In this document: in pieces, positions 8,956-18,166 of the stretch
Position numbering within the stretch: position 1 is the stretch's first letter
How the letters are laid out: each line of letters opens with the position of its first letter
Source: Promethearchaeia archaeon
Lineage (GTDB): Archaea; Asgardarchaeota; Lokiarchaeia; Sigyniarchaeales; SOKP01
DNA: 34,583 bases
Assembly (NCBI GenBank): GCA_029856105.1
Contig: JAHQWH010000101.1
Location: forward strand, 1-34,583
Direction: 5' to 3'
The notes under the pieces: generated by a model
The model's input: the letters and a program-made list of their open reading frames with translations, nothing else
What the model was told of the DNA's origin: nothing
The model's database searches: none
Made by a program: the position numbers and the translations under genes

Positions 8956-10853
8956 TTCACCCATTGATATAGTTCTCCAAGCAGAACTCGCTTGTCCTTG
9001 TTGCCCTTAAGATTTTTTATGTTTATTATATTCGTTAACCACAAAGAAGAACGCAACTCGTCTTTCAATGTTTTTATTTCTTTAATTGTGTGAATAGAAG
9101 TGTTGTTGTTGTAATCTTTCCAAGCAGATAATAGAAATTTATAAGCAAATCCTCCGATATCAGCGCCTAATGCGATGCTTTTAGCAATATCTATTCCATT
9201 TCTTAGTCCACCAGTGGCTATAATCAATTTTTTAGAAACCTCTCTTACATATAGAATGGTTAGAGGTGTGGGGATACCCCATTCTCTAAAAGAATCTGCG
9301 AGCCTTCTGGTATATTTTTCAAAACTAAATTTATCGCGATGAGATTCAATTGCAGCAAAACTTGTACCTCCAGTGCCTCCGACATCAAATCCATCAAAAC
9401 CTAGAGAATCAAGACTTAAGGCTAAATCCTTATTGAAGCCAGTTCCCACTTCTTTTGCGATTATTGGAATGTTAATTTCTTTTCTAATTTTTTGAAATTT
9501 TTCAGAGAAATTTTTATAGGATATATTTCCATTGCTTTGGACCAATTCGTGTAAAGCATTAAAATGAATGGCCATTACATCTGCTTTTACCATTTCAATA
9601 CATTCAATAAAATCTTCTTTTTTAAAGGTAGAAGAATTAATTTGGCCGATTCCTATATTTCCAATTATCGGAATGTTAGGAGCAACTTCACGAACAATCT
9701 CAAAAGACTCAATGGTAGAGGGATCTTCCAAGCCTATGCGTTGACTGCCTACGCTCATTATGATGTTTTCTTCTTCTGCGGCTTTAGCTAAAATTCTGTT
9801 AATTGCTTTAGAGATTGGATGCCCACCGGTCATAGCGGAAATACAAATTGGAGCGGAAATATTTTTATTAAAAAACATTGTTGAGATGTCTATATCATCC
9901 AATTCGACTTCCGGAAGGGAATGATGAATTAATTTTATGTTATCAAAATAATTTTTTATGTGTTGAACATTAGATATGATTGGAATCTTGAGATGTTCTA
10001 ACTTTCTCGTGTATATCTCTGATTGCTTTTTTTCGTCATAAATTCCACTAATGTTCGTACAGATTAATTTTTGATTGTTTAAGGCCTTAAGGATGTTCCC
10101 CTCCGTCAGACCGTTTATAACTTGGACTGGAATATTTAATCTAGAAATTTCCTTAATCGCGTGAAGTTTTCCTCTAATACTTCCTGTAACATCAATTTTA
10201 TTTCCTAAATCGGCTAATTTAATATTATCTATCTCTTCAAGACTAATTTCTGAAGCTAACTTTATAATTTTTTTACCATCTTCAATATCTTTCACAAAAA
10301 TTCCATCTTTTTCAATAGCAAAAATAGCTTTAGAAATGCTATATTTATTCAGGTTTTTACACAATTCCAAAATTATGCGATCTCCAGAAATTATTGAAAA
10401 ATTGCCTTCTTTATCAAGAATAACGTCTCCATATAAAACTGGTAGAATTCCAAGATCAAGCGAAGTTTCAATTGGCTCGATAGATTCAAAAGAAATCTCG
10501 TTTAAACGTTTGATAAATATACTTGAAGGTTGAATGGAAAGAGCCGGATACTTTTTTTCTAAAAACTCTTCAATTATTTGCGAATTGAATTTAATCATCG
10601 CTTCGTGCGTTTTAGTTAGCCCAAATATCTGATTTTTAATAGAAATATTGATTCCTTGAGAAATGTTATATTTTTTAGCAATCGGGTGTCCAAAGGAACC
10701 TCCTCCATGGATTAAGATCAATTTTTTATTAGCGTCGATAATTTGTTGAATTGCGCTTTTTACAACTTCCTCTCTGATAGAAAAAGGAATATTTTTATCA
10801 GTTAATAAACTCCCACCCAATTTTAACAGAAATATTTCATTACTACTTTTCAA
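8949..10853 (-). CDS. fni: Fusion of isopentenyl phosphate kinase (about aa 1-270) and type 2 FMN-dependent IPP isomerase (about aa 280-634)
   Basis: IPK: KLGGSLLTDK, IHGGGSFGH, PVLYGD, IISGD, DVTG. IDI-2: RKLEH, ISAMTGG, VGSQR, GNIG, HFNALHE, KEVGTG, GGTSFAAIE, WGIPT, TGGLRNG. Confidence 0.92.
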   Translation of the reverse strand: MKSSNEIFLLKLGGSLLTDKNIPFSIREEVVKSAIQQIIDANKKLILIHGGGSFGHPIAKKYNISQGINISIKNQIFGLTKTHEAMIKFNSQIIEEFLEKKYPALSIQPSSIFIKRLNEISFESIEPIETSLDLGILPVLYGDVILDKEGNFSIISGDRIILELCKNLNKYSISKAIFAIEKDGIFVKDIEDGKKIIKLASEISLEEIDNIKLADLGNKIDVTGSIRGKLHAIKEISRLNIPVQVINGLTEGNILKALNNQKLICTNISGIYDEKKQSEIYTRKLEHLKIPIISNVQHIKNYFDNIKLIHHSLPEVELDDIDISTMFFNKNISAPICISAMTGGHPISKAINRILAKAAEEENIIMSVGSQRIGLEDPSTIESFEIVREVAPNIPIIGNIGIGQINSSTFKKEDFIECIEMVKADVMAIHFNALHELVQSNGNISYKNFSEKFQKIRKEINIPIIAKEVGTGFNKDLALSLDSLGFDGFDVGGTGGTSFAAIESHRDKFSFEKYTRRLADSFREWGIPTPLTILYVREVSKKLIIATGGLRNGIDIAKSIALGADIGGFAYKFLLSAWKDYNNNTSIHTIKEIKTLKDELRSSLWLTNIINIKNLKGNKDKRVLLGELYQWVNQ

Positions 10854-10866
10854 TTTTAATTAACAC

Positions 10867-11833
10867 TCATCCTATCATTGTTCTCCAGGCGTCATAGCCT
10901 TCTTTTTCGATAGCCTTGGCGATAGATTCTTGAATTTCTTCATTTTCTGCTAAAGCGATTACTAAACCACCTCGACCCGTCCCCGTCATTTTAGCTCCAA
11001 CCGCTCCATTTTTTAGTGCTATTTCCACTAATTTATCGTTAATTTCTCCTGAAACTGTGATTTTTTGAAGTAATTTGTGGTTATGGTTCATTAATTTGCC
11101 TATAGTGGCAATATCACCTTCAAGCAAGGCTTTTTTTGCTTTTTCTGATAGAGCCTTATATTCATTTAGTATCTTCTCAAATTCTTCTGAATTAGTTTCC
11201 TTTAAACGTCGAACATCAGCAACTACTTCCGTTGTTGAAGCTGTTATTCCTGAATTTGCGATTGTCAAGGGTATCTTTTTTGGCGATCGAAGGAAGTCCA
11301 TCGTATTTTTTCCACCACTTAAATTTTTCGCAAACCAAATCAATCCACCATAAGTCGAAGCTGTATTATCAATGCCAGAAGGGGTTCCGTGATAAGCTTT
11401 CTCTCCTTCGTATGCGGCCTCGTTTATCTTTTCATCGTCTAACTTTAGATTAAAGCTATCGTTGAGGGCACGAGCTAAAGAAGTGCATTGAGCTGCAGAA
11501 GCGCCAACTCCACTTGCAGCAAATAAATCTCCGGCAAAAGTTATTTCAAGTTTTTGACTATTTATATCAATTTTCAAATGCTCCAATACATTTCTAATTG
11601 ATTGCATAGCCTCTTCGTATTTCTTTTTTTTATAACCCGGTGTAGCAGGTCTCTGATCGTCGACAGACCAGTTTTGTCCGTTAACAACTTTAACATCTGC
11701 GGTTGTATAAGTACCTAATGCTGAAGCGATAGCGGGAAGACCATAAACTACAAAATGATTGCGTCTACTGCCAAAATTGGAAGTAAATTTCGCCAAAAAG
11801 AATGGTCTTACCATATCCTTTTCCAGTTCCCGT
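10867..11833 (-). CDS. mvk: Mevalonate kinase (GHMP family), interrupted. Exon 1 11833-11789 and exon 2 11757-10867 give 311 aa after removal of a 31-nt insert
   Basis: The joined sequence reads (M)GTGKGYGKTILFGE|HFVVYGLPAIA, the conserved GHMP motif I. Also ASGVGASAA, HGTPSGIDN, GAKMTGTGRGG. The ORF-track N-terminus (MVRPFFLAK...) lacks motif I. Confidence 0.85.
11758..11788 (-). other. 31-nt hairpin-forming insert, candidate bulge-helix-bulge-type mRNA intron in mvk
   Basis: Minus-strand sequence ATTTACTTCCAATTTTGGCAGTAGACGCAAT lies between the GAA (Glu) and CAT (His) codons. It contains an in-frame TAG, and both junctions match BHB cut positions (see findings). Confidence 0.65.
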
Positions 11834-12223
11834 TTATTTCACCTCCACAGTACCTTTTGAACCATTAACAATAATTTTTTGTCCATTTTTAATACAATTA
11901 ATATCAATTTTATCTACACATGGAATTTCACTAATTATACAACCCACCGCTATTATTGTATCGATACTCTCGTTTACGATTGCTGCTGGAGCCATGTTGT
12001 TTTTTTTCATCCTATACATCGTGTACGACCCTACAGTCGAGCCTTTACCAGTAGGAAAGACTAGAGCTTTTCCTGTAATGGATTGTCCTTCAAGATCGTG
12101 CCCAACCTCAACAACTATACCGGTGTCAGGATCTACACCGCCATAAAATGATATCCCATCTTTGGTTACTATCGCTTCTGCCTCAGCAATTCCTTTGTAT
12201 ATTTTTCTTCCTTCTAGCTTCAT
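11834..12223 (-). CDS. Aconitase X small (swiveling, DUF126) subunit; phosphomevalonate dehydratase small subunit
   Basis: ISFYGGVDPDTG, GKALVFPTGKGSTVGSY, APAAIV, IPCVD; overlaps the stop of the large subunit; mevalonate pathway context. Confidence 0.9.
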   Translation of the reverse strand: MKLEGRKIYKGIAEAEAIVTKDGISFYGGVDPDTGIVVEVGHDLEGQSITGKALVFPTGKGSTVGSYTMYRMKKNNMAPAAIVNESIDTIIAVGCIISEIPCVDKIDINCIKNGQKIIVNGSKGTVEVK

Positions 12224-13413
12224 TTAATCGCCTCCTCAACGCATTGTTCCGTTGATCCAATTTTTACTTTGAATTTATTCTTTGCGCGGCCGTAATAACA
12301 CGCCTTTGCGGAATCCACCATGATTCCCTTGAAGCGCCCTTTAATTGGAGCCACGACGCAACATGTATCTGCAGCAAATTTTGCTCCAGCATCTTCAATA
12401 ATTTTAGAATAACCAGCTTCGTCTGCGATTCTTTTTGTAGGTCGAGCAGTAGTAATCCAAAATTCTTTCTTTACTTTTTTTCCTTCTAATAATTTTGCAA
12501 TTTTCGCAATTTCGTGAATTGAAGCGTGAGGACAACCTAGACTCACAAAATCTATCTCAAGATCGTCGTCAATAAGTTCAGTACGAGTCTTATCTAAATC
12601 GTCTTGGTTAATTTCAATAACAATTTCACTTGGTTTAGTGTATTTATTATACTCAGGAGTAATTCCTTCCATATGGAATAATGCTGTTCCACCATAGGTA
12701 GCGACGGAAGCGCAAAAAGACTTAAGCTCTTCAACAGTAGCAGAAGGAATTCCTGCAATATAAGGAATTTTTTTTCCTAATTCAACTAGTTTATCGCCAA
12801 TTAATTTTCCCAGCACGCCAAATTCGTCGGTACCTTTGACTGGAGCGTTTATCTCAAACAAAATTTGACCGTGCCGATTTTCGTCCAAATGATAACCGTA
12901 TTTAGGCGTTTTACCGGTTAAGGCCGCTGCCAATGCACTTGGTCCACCCTCTCGATTCGTTCGAGCACCAATAACGGAATTGGAATAACAAACAGCGCTA
13001 CTTTCGGCCCAAGCAATGTGTTGTCCATAATGAGGCGCGTTTCCAATTAAATACGGTGTACAAGAACATGTCGTAATTATTCCCATTTTTGCAAAAGTAT
13101 CTATAGCTCGATTCTGGTTTTTAGCAAATTCTTCGTCTATCCCTAACGCTCGCCAATTTTCGCGATCCATTCCAGCGGGATTTAAAGTAGTTAAAACTCT
13201 GACCTTCCCATCTTCAGCCATTTCGTTTAAAAATTCCAACCCCGCTTCGCCAAGATTAGCGTAAGAAACCCCTGCTATTTGAACCCCATGAACATCAACC
13301 ATACATTCAGCACCAAATATTTCGCCTAATGTGGTTAATATTTCCATGGATTTCTGGGCAGACTTTCCATGTTTTCCCTCAAGCATATCTTTTTCTATTG
13401 GTTCTAATCTCAT
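12220..13413 (-). CDS. Aconitase X large (DUF521) subunit; phosphomevalonate dehydratase large subunit (ATG 13413 preferred over TTG 13422)
   Basis: TTLNP, CSCTPY, AWAESSAVCYSNSVIGARTNREGGP, LGCPHAS, DTCCVVAP, DSAKACYY. Confidence 0.92.
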   Translation of the reverse strand: MRLEPIEKDMLEGKHGKSAQKSMEILTTLGEIFGAECMVDVHGVQIAGVSYANLGEAGLEFLNEMAEDGKVRVLTTLNPAGMDRENWRALGIDEEFAKNQNRAIDTFAKMGIITTCSCTPYLIGNAPHYGQHIAWAESSAVCYSNSVIGARTNREGGPSALAAALTGKTPKYGYHLDENRHGQILFEINAPVKGTDEFGVLGKLIGDKLVELGKKIPYIAGIPSATVEELKSFCASVATYGGTALFHMEGITPEYNKYTKPSEIVIEINQDDLDKTRTELIDDDLEIDFVSLGCPHASIHEIAKIAKLLEGKKVKKEFWITTARPTKRIADEAGYSKIIEDAGAKFAADTCCVVAPIKGRFKGIMVDSAKACYYGRAKNKFKVKIGSTEQCVEEAIK

Positions 13414-13432
13414 AATCCTCAATTGCTTTGTA

Positions 13433-14734
13433 TTAAAAATATTTGTTCAAATCTACTCTTGGGAAATCAGCTCTATCAAAGCTCTTTCCTTTAGTCACGA
13501 GTGGTTTTGTTAAATCAAATCCCATTTTAGTTGTCATTTTCGTTCCCGGTTCTGCGCTAGGATCTAAACTACTTCCGGGTTCTTTATCTTTAATTATCAT
13601 GTTATGATCGCCCTGAAAGCGAGTTGCCATTGCCCATTCCACAGATAACGGGTCGTAAATATCAATATCTTTATCTACAATAAATATATGTTTGCAACTA
13701 CTATGACCAATAAATGCACCATCAATAGCTTTTTTACCATCTTCTTCTGATTTTTTATCAATTTGTACAATTGCATGTAGCCATGAACATCCTCCAGGAT
13801 TTATATTAACATCTAAGCATTTAACTCCAATTTCGTTCACTTTATTGAATATAGTTGGTTCTCTTGGCATACCCATCAATATTTTATGCTCAAGCGCACC
13901 AGGTAATAAGGCTTGCCAAATCGCGTCCTTTCTATGAGTTATTTTTTTCACTTCAAAAACGGGTTCTTCTCTTACAACGTCATAAGTTTCTGTTAAGTCG
14001 AGAAAAGGACCTTCAGCGTGTTTTTTTTCTAAATAGACTCGGCCTTCTAATACAAATTCTGCTTCTGCAGGGATTAAAAGATCAACTGAATTCGCTTTAA
14101 CAACTTTTATTGGCTCTAATGCATTTGCAATATGTAATTCATCAACTCCAATATCCACAGAAGTAGCTCCGGCAATTAGAATGTTAGGAGTGTTACCTAT
14201 GCAAAAAGCAACATCTAATTCGCTATTTTTCTCTAAAAATGTATGAAAATGTCGACCTCTAACTATTCGAGTGGAAAATTTGTCTTTGGAAAATTGCATC
14301 GCCCGATGAAAATCCATGTTTTGTCCATAATCAGGGTCTCTTGTGATTACGACAGCAGAACTTATGTAATTCCCGCCGTCTTTTTCGCAATGAAATAAAA
14401 TAGGTAATTTATTTAAATCTACGCTTGATTCTATAACTTCTTGACAAGGAGCATTTGATACGATTTTTGGTTCGGAGCGTTCAGTAATTGCTTTTGAAAG
14501 CATTGGTATGATGTCTGCGGGAGTTACATTGAAATACGAAGCAATTACATTCTTAGTACAGAACATGTTACCAACTATTCTGAATTCTGATTCTTTAACA
14601 TTATTAAACATTAAGGGGGTTGGTTCTTTCTCTTTTAATATTCCAGAAATCTCTAACTTCTTCGAAGTCTCGACATCTACCTTTTGAAGGAGTCCTTTCT
14701 CATCAATATTATTTATATAATCTCTAAATCCCAT
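13433..14734 (-). CDS. UbiD-family prFMN decarboxylase; probable trans-anhydromevalonate 5-phosphate decarboxylase
   Basis: LPIL..EKDGGNYI, FHR, PAEAEFVLEG, EGPFLDLTETYD, EHKILMG, VDKDIDI, GSSLDPS; co-oriented with AcnX and mvk. Confidence 0.88.
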   Translation of the reverse strand: MGFRDYINNIDEKGLLQKVDVETSKKLEISGILKEKEPTPLMFNNVKESEFRIVGNMFCTKNVIASYFNVTPADIIPMLSKAITERSEPKIVSNAPCQEVIESSVDLNKLPILFHCEKDGGNYISSAVVITRDPDYGQNMDFHRAMQFSKDKFSTRIVRGRHFHTFLEKNSELDVAFCIGNTPNILIAGATSVDIGVDELHIANALEPIKVVKANSVDLLIPAEAEFVLEGRVYLEKKHAEGPFLDLTETYDVVREEPVFEVKKITHRKDAIWQALLPGALEHKILMGMPREPTIFNKVNEIGVKCLDVNINPGGCSWLHAIVQIDKKSEEDGKKAIDGAFIGHSSCKHIFIVDKDIDIYDPLSVEWAMATRFQGDHNMIIKDKEPGSSLDPSAEPGTKMTTKMGFDLTKPLVTKGKSFDRADFPRVDLNKYF

Positions 14735-14822
14735 AATTATTATCTCAAAATTTTATTTATCGTTAATAATACCAATAATAGTGGTTTTTATTAGAGGAAT
14801 TTATGATACACTTTTTATAAAA

Positions 14823-16115
14823 CTAAAGGTTTTCCTCATCAATAATTTTCTGTAAAATTTCTTTTGCGTAATCAACTCGGATTTTGCCGTCTTGGACCAA
14901 CTTGTTCGCAACTTTTTCTATTAGTTCATCTGGAACACCAGCAGTTTTTGCGATATTCCGCGAATGTAGCACCATATGACCCTTCTGGATCCCCTCCGCG
15001 GCTAAAGCCCTTAAGGCGGCTACATTCTGGGCTAATCCTAACGCCGCAGCAATTTGAGATAACTCTTCTGCACTCTTAACACCTAAAATTTTCAGTGCTA
15101 ACCGTGCCATTGGATGAATTTTTGTCATTCCTCCAACAATTCCAAGAGCTAGGGGGACTTCTATCTCGCCAACTAAATTTCCGTCTGAGTCAGATTTAAA
15201 TTTCGTAAGGGGTTTGTATTTACCACTCAAGGAAGCGTAAGCGTGAGCTCCTGCTTCAATAGCACGAGTGTCATTTCCTGTTGCTAAAGTTAACGCAATT
15301 ATCCCATTCATTATCCCTTTATTATGGGTCGTTGCTCTATAGGGATCGGCAAGCGCAAATTCATAAGCATTTAATATACCCTCAACTATTTCTTCTCCAC
15401 CTAACAAGTTCTTATCAAATACTGCTTTACATTTCGCAATTCGATGTGTAGCCAAGTTGGATACGATTCGCAAATATATCTTCCCTTCACTAATTTCTTC
15501 TATATAAGGACTTACGGCTTCAGCCATAGTATTTACTACATTAGCGCCCATAGCGTCCAATACATTAACCAGAAGGTGAAGGATTACCATTTTGCCTTTT
15601 TTTGTTTCTATTTCTCGAATCTCTATATCTAGAGCACCACCCCCTAGCTTATTTAGTAAGGGGTCTTGCTCATTTGCAATTTTTAAGATTTTTTCCTTAT
15701 TTCTCGCTAAAATTTCCTTCGCAGCAGCAATATCTTTTAATTGAGTTATTTGTATTTGAGAAATCATGATTGATTTAACTTCTTCAGACTGAAAACCCCC
15801 GTTTTTTCTTGCTATCTTAGCTGCGTTAGAAGCAGCGGCCACAACTGAAGGTTCTTCAATCACCATGGGCAAAATATAATCTTTTCCGTTGATCCTAAAG
15901 TTTAAAGCAATACCCATGGGCAATTGGTAACTCCCAATTACATTTTCTATTAGCGTGTCAATTTGAGTGGGCGTAAAATACCCCAAAGATTGCAATAGTT
16001 TAATTTCTTCGTGTTTTAAGTTAATTAATTTAGCTATTTGATGTTGGCGTTCTTCCAAGGATAACTTATAAAAACCCGAAATATCTGAACGAATTTCTTG
16101 CATCTCTTTATTCAC
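14823..16115 (-). CDS. mvaA: HMG-CoA reductase, class II
   Basis: ENVIG, EEPSVVAAAS, DAMGAN..NT, THNKGIMNG, GNDTRAIEA, GLAQN, GIQKGHM.LH. Confidence 0.94.
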   Translation of the reverse strand: MNKEMQEIRSDISGFYKLSLEERQHQIAKLINLKHEEIKLLQSLGYFTPTQIDTLIENVIGSYQLPMGIALNFRINGKDYILPMVIEEPSVVAAASNAAKIARKNGGFQSEEVKSIMISQIQITQLKDIAAAKEILARNKEKILKIANEQDPLLNKLGGGALDIEIREIETKKGKMVILHLLVNVLDAMGANVVNTMAEAVSPYIEEISEGKIYLRIVSNLATHRIAKCKAVFDKNLLGGEEIVEGILNAYEFALADPYRATTHNKGIMNGIIALTLATGNDTRAIEAGAHAYASLSGKYKPLTKFKSDSDGNLVGEIEVPLALGIVGGMTKIHPMARLALKILGVKSAEELSQIAAALGLAQNVAALRALAAEGIQKGHMVLHSRNIAKTAGVPDELIEKVANKLVQDGKIRVDYAKEILQKIIDEENL

Positions 16116-16244
16116 ATTAATCTTAATTTGAAATTATTTATATCATCTTCTAATTGTCTTGCCTTAAATAATTTTGAACTTTTGGTTGATAGGAAGGTGA
16201 AAAATAGAAGATGTCATTATTAACGATAATTCTAAAACATAAAT

Positions 16245-17873
16245 TTAATAAACATTTTGAACTGGAACATACAGTGGACTCCAATTTAATAAACCAATAG
16301 CATTAAAGTTTGTTTCTCCCTTATTTTCAAGGCGTCTTATCTCGTACTCTAAACAAGCTCCCTGTTTAACGTTACCAGCAATCCGTACTAAACCATTATA
16401 AAGGTAGTTAAGATTGTTTTCGTTAAGATTTACTATAGGTTCTGACTTTAACACCGCATACAATGGAAAAAACTTTTCGTGTAAGCCAGAGTGACCTTTC
16501 GGACAATGGTTTAAACCTTCTATATTGGGAAGAATGCATCCTTCATCGCAAAAACGAAGAGTAAACCCTCTATTTTCATTACTCTCGTGTTCAACAATTT
16601 CACCTAATACCGTTGTAGGCATATAATCACCAGACCTTATTAACTCGTATTCTTTCACACTTTTGCGTTCTTTATTTTTTAAAAAGTCATTAATTTTTGG
16701 ACTTTTATCAACGACTTTCTTAAAACCTTCCTTAACTTTTAATAACCCTGAAATACATGTAGCGCCAGACCCATATGAACCAAAATAAATCGTGTCGTTT
16801 GCTCGAGAATAATTTTCAAGAAGATATATGATTTGAGCCCAAATAGAAGCGTTATATATGTTCCCAAAATGCGAAGGTACTCTTAATTGTGGAAGCACCT
16901 TACCTTTAATATTTGCTATAAGTTTATTTGATATGGTTTCTAATGTTTCGGAGGAATAACCCCTCCCTTTCAGTTTCAAATATAACCACTCAGGTAAAAC
17001 AGTAATATCGTGCATAAAATAATCAAGTTTCTTAAGGATGGATGATTTTATTTGATCTTTTCTTACTCTTGGAAGGTTCTGAATATGCTTTGACCAGCGT
17101 TTTTGGATTATCTGTTGCATGATTTTTATTGGTAGTTTAGAAAAAGGTGCGTGAAATGTGTAGTAATCAGCGTGAAAATCCCCCATATTATTAATTAAAT
17201 CGTCGTATGCTTTCAATTGAAAATTAAGATAAGTACTTACCGAATAATGACCAAAAACTTTAGCATTTTTTTCATTAACGGGGCGGAAAAAATCGTCTAC
17301 ATTTCCCGAAACCTTGCCAAATTTTTCACCAAAGGTTGCAATCCTAGGGTTTTTTGAAATAACTAAGGCAATTGCTCCTGAACCTTGAGTAGCTTCACTT
17401 GGACTTCCTATTTGATACGAAGAAATATCAACACTTATGACAAGAGCTTTTTTTATAATATCTTTTTCTACCAAAGCAATCGCGTTGAGAATAGCTAAAG
17501 TTCCGCCAGCGCACGCGTTATAAACATCCTGACAAATAGAATTGGTCGAAATTCCTAACAATTCGGCGAAGATGTTTGAAACCGACTTTACTGCATATGT
17601 TATAGTCTCTGTTCCCACGAAAAGAGCGTCAATACTCTTAGGAGATATTCCTCCCTTTATTAACGCTTGATATCCAGCCTTCAATCCCAGAGAAACAATA
17701 TCCTCGTTCACATCGGGTATTCTCATTTCTATTGCCATAAGGCCTTTTTTGTATTTAGCAGGATCTACTTTCCGCTCAACAGCGAGGTCTTTTAACTTGA
17801 TGTAATATTTTGGAGCATAAAATCCTACACTATCGATTCCGATATCAGAAAACAAATAATCGTTTCTTATCAT
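16245..17873 (-). CDS. mvaS: HMG-CoA synthase with an internal insertion and a C-terminal Zn-ribbon/DUF35-like extension
   Basis: GTET (catalytic Glu), YNACAGG (Cys), EATQGSGA, DFFRP, FHAPF (His), GNIYNAS, GSYGSG; an extra ~130 aa tail contains FCDEGC...HCPKGH. Confidence 0.88.
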   Translation of the reverse strand: MIRNDYLFSDIGIDSVGFYAPKYYIKLKDLAVERKVDPAKYKKGLMAIEMRIPDVNEDIVSLGLKAGYQALIKGGISPKSIDALFVGTETITYAVKSVSNIFAELLGISTNSICQDVYNACAGGTLAILNAIALVEKDIIKKALVISVDISSYQIGSPSEATQGSGAIALVISKNPRIATFGEKFGKVSGNVDDFFRPVNEKNAKVFGHYSVSTYLNFQLKAYDDLINNMGDFHADYYTFHAPFSKLPIKIMQQIIQKRWSKHIQNLPRVRKDQIKSSILKKLDYFMHDITVLPEWLYLKLKGRGYSSETLETISNKLIANIKGKVLPQLRVPSHFGNIYNASIWAQIIYLLENYSRANDTIYFGSYGSGATCISGLLKVKEGFKKVVDKSPKINDFLKNKERKSVKEYELIRSGDYMPTTVLGEIVEHESNENRGFTLRFCDEGCILPNIEGLNHCPKGHSGLHEKFFPLYAVLKSEPIVNLNENNLNYLYNGLVRIAGNVKQGACLEYEIRRLENKGETNFNAIGLLNWSPLYVPVQNVY

Positions 17874-18166
17874 TAGTGATCTCTCTTTTAACGCTGGTTG
17901 TAATTGATTTGATTGTTAAATTGAATTTATAAATTTAATGTTTATTTATTCAAAAACTTATCTAGTTAAATCTTATTCTTATTAAATGAGGTATTTATAT
18001 AAAAATTCTCAATAATCTAATAATATCAACAGTTCAAATTCTTAAACGTGGTAATAAGACAAAAATTTGAATTGTAATTCAAATAATAAAAATTTATAAT
18101 AAATAAATCTCATATTCCTATTAATAGTAGTATTAATTGTAGTAATTCTTTAAGGGTTATATTATT

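Noticed and set aside
11758-11788. Insert explained as a ribosomal hop, simple frameshift, spliceosomal intron or transposon footprint
   Set aside because: There are no matched take-off and landing codons (GAA versus AAT). A frameshift would leave about 10 extra residues inside the GEH motif. The ends are not GT-AG, and no target-site duplication restores the frame.
11758-11814. ORF-track start of mvk at ATG 11814 (MVRPFFLAKFTSNFGSRRN...)
   Set aside because: This N-terminus reads exon 1 out of frame and runs through the insert. It lacks the conserved GK.ILFGE motif, which is encoded in another frame from 11833.
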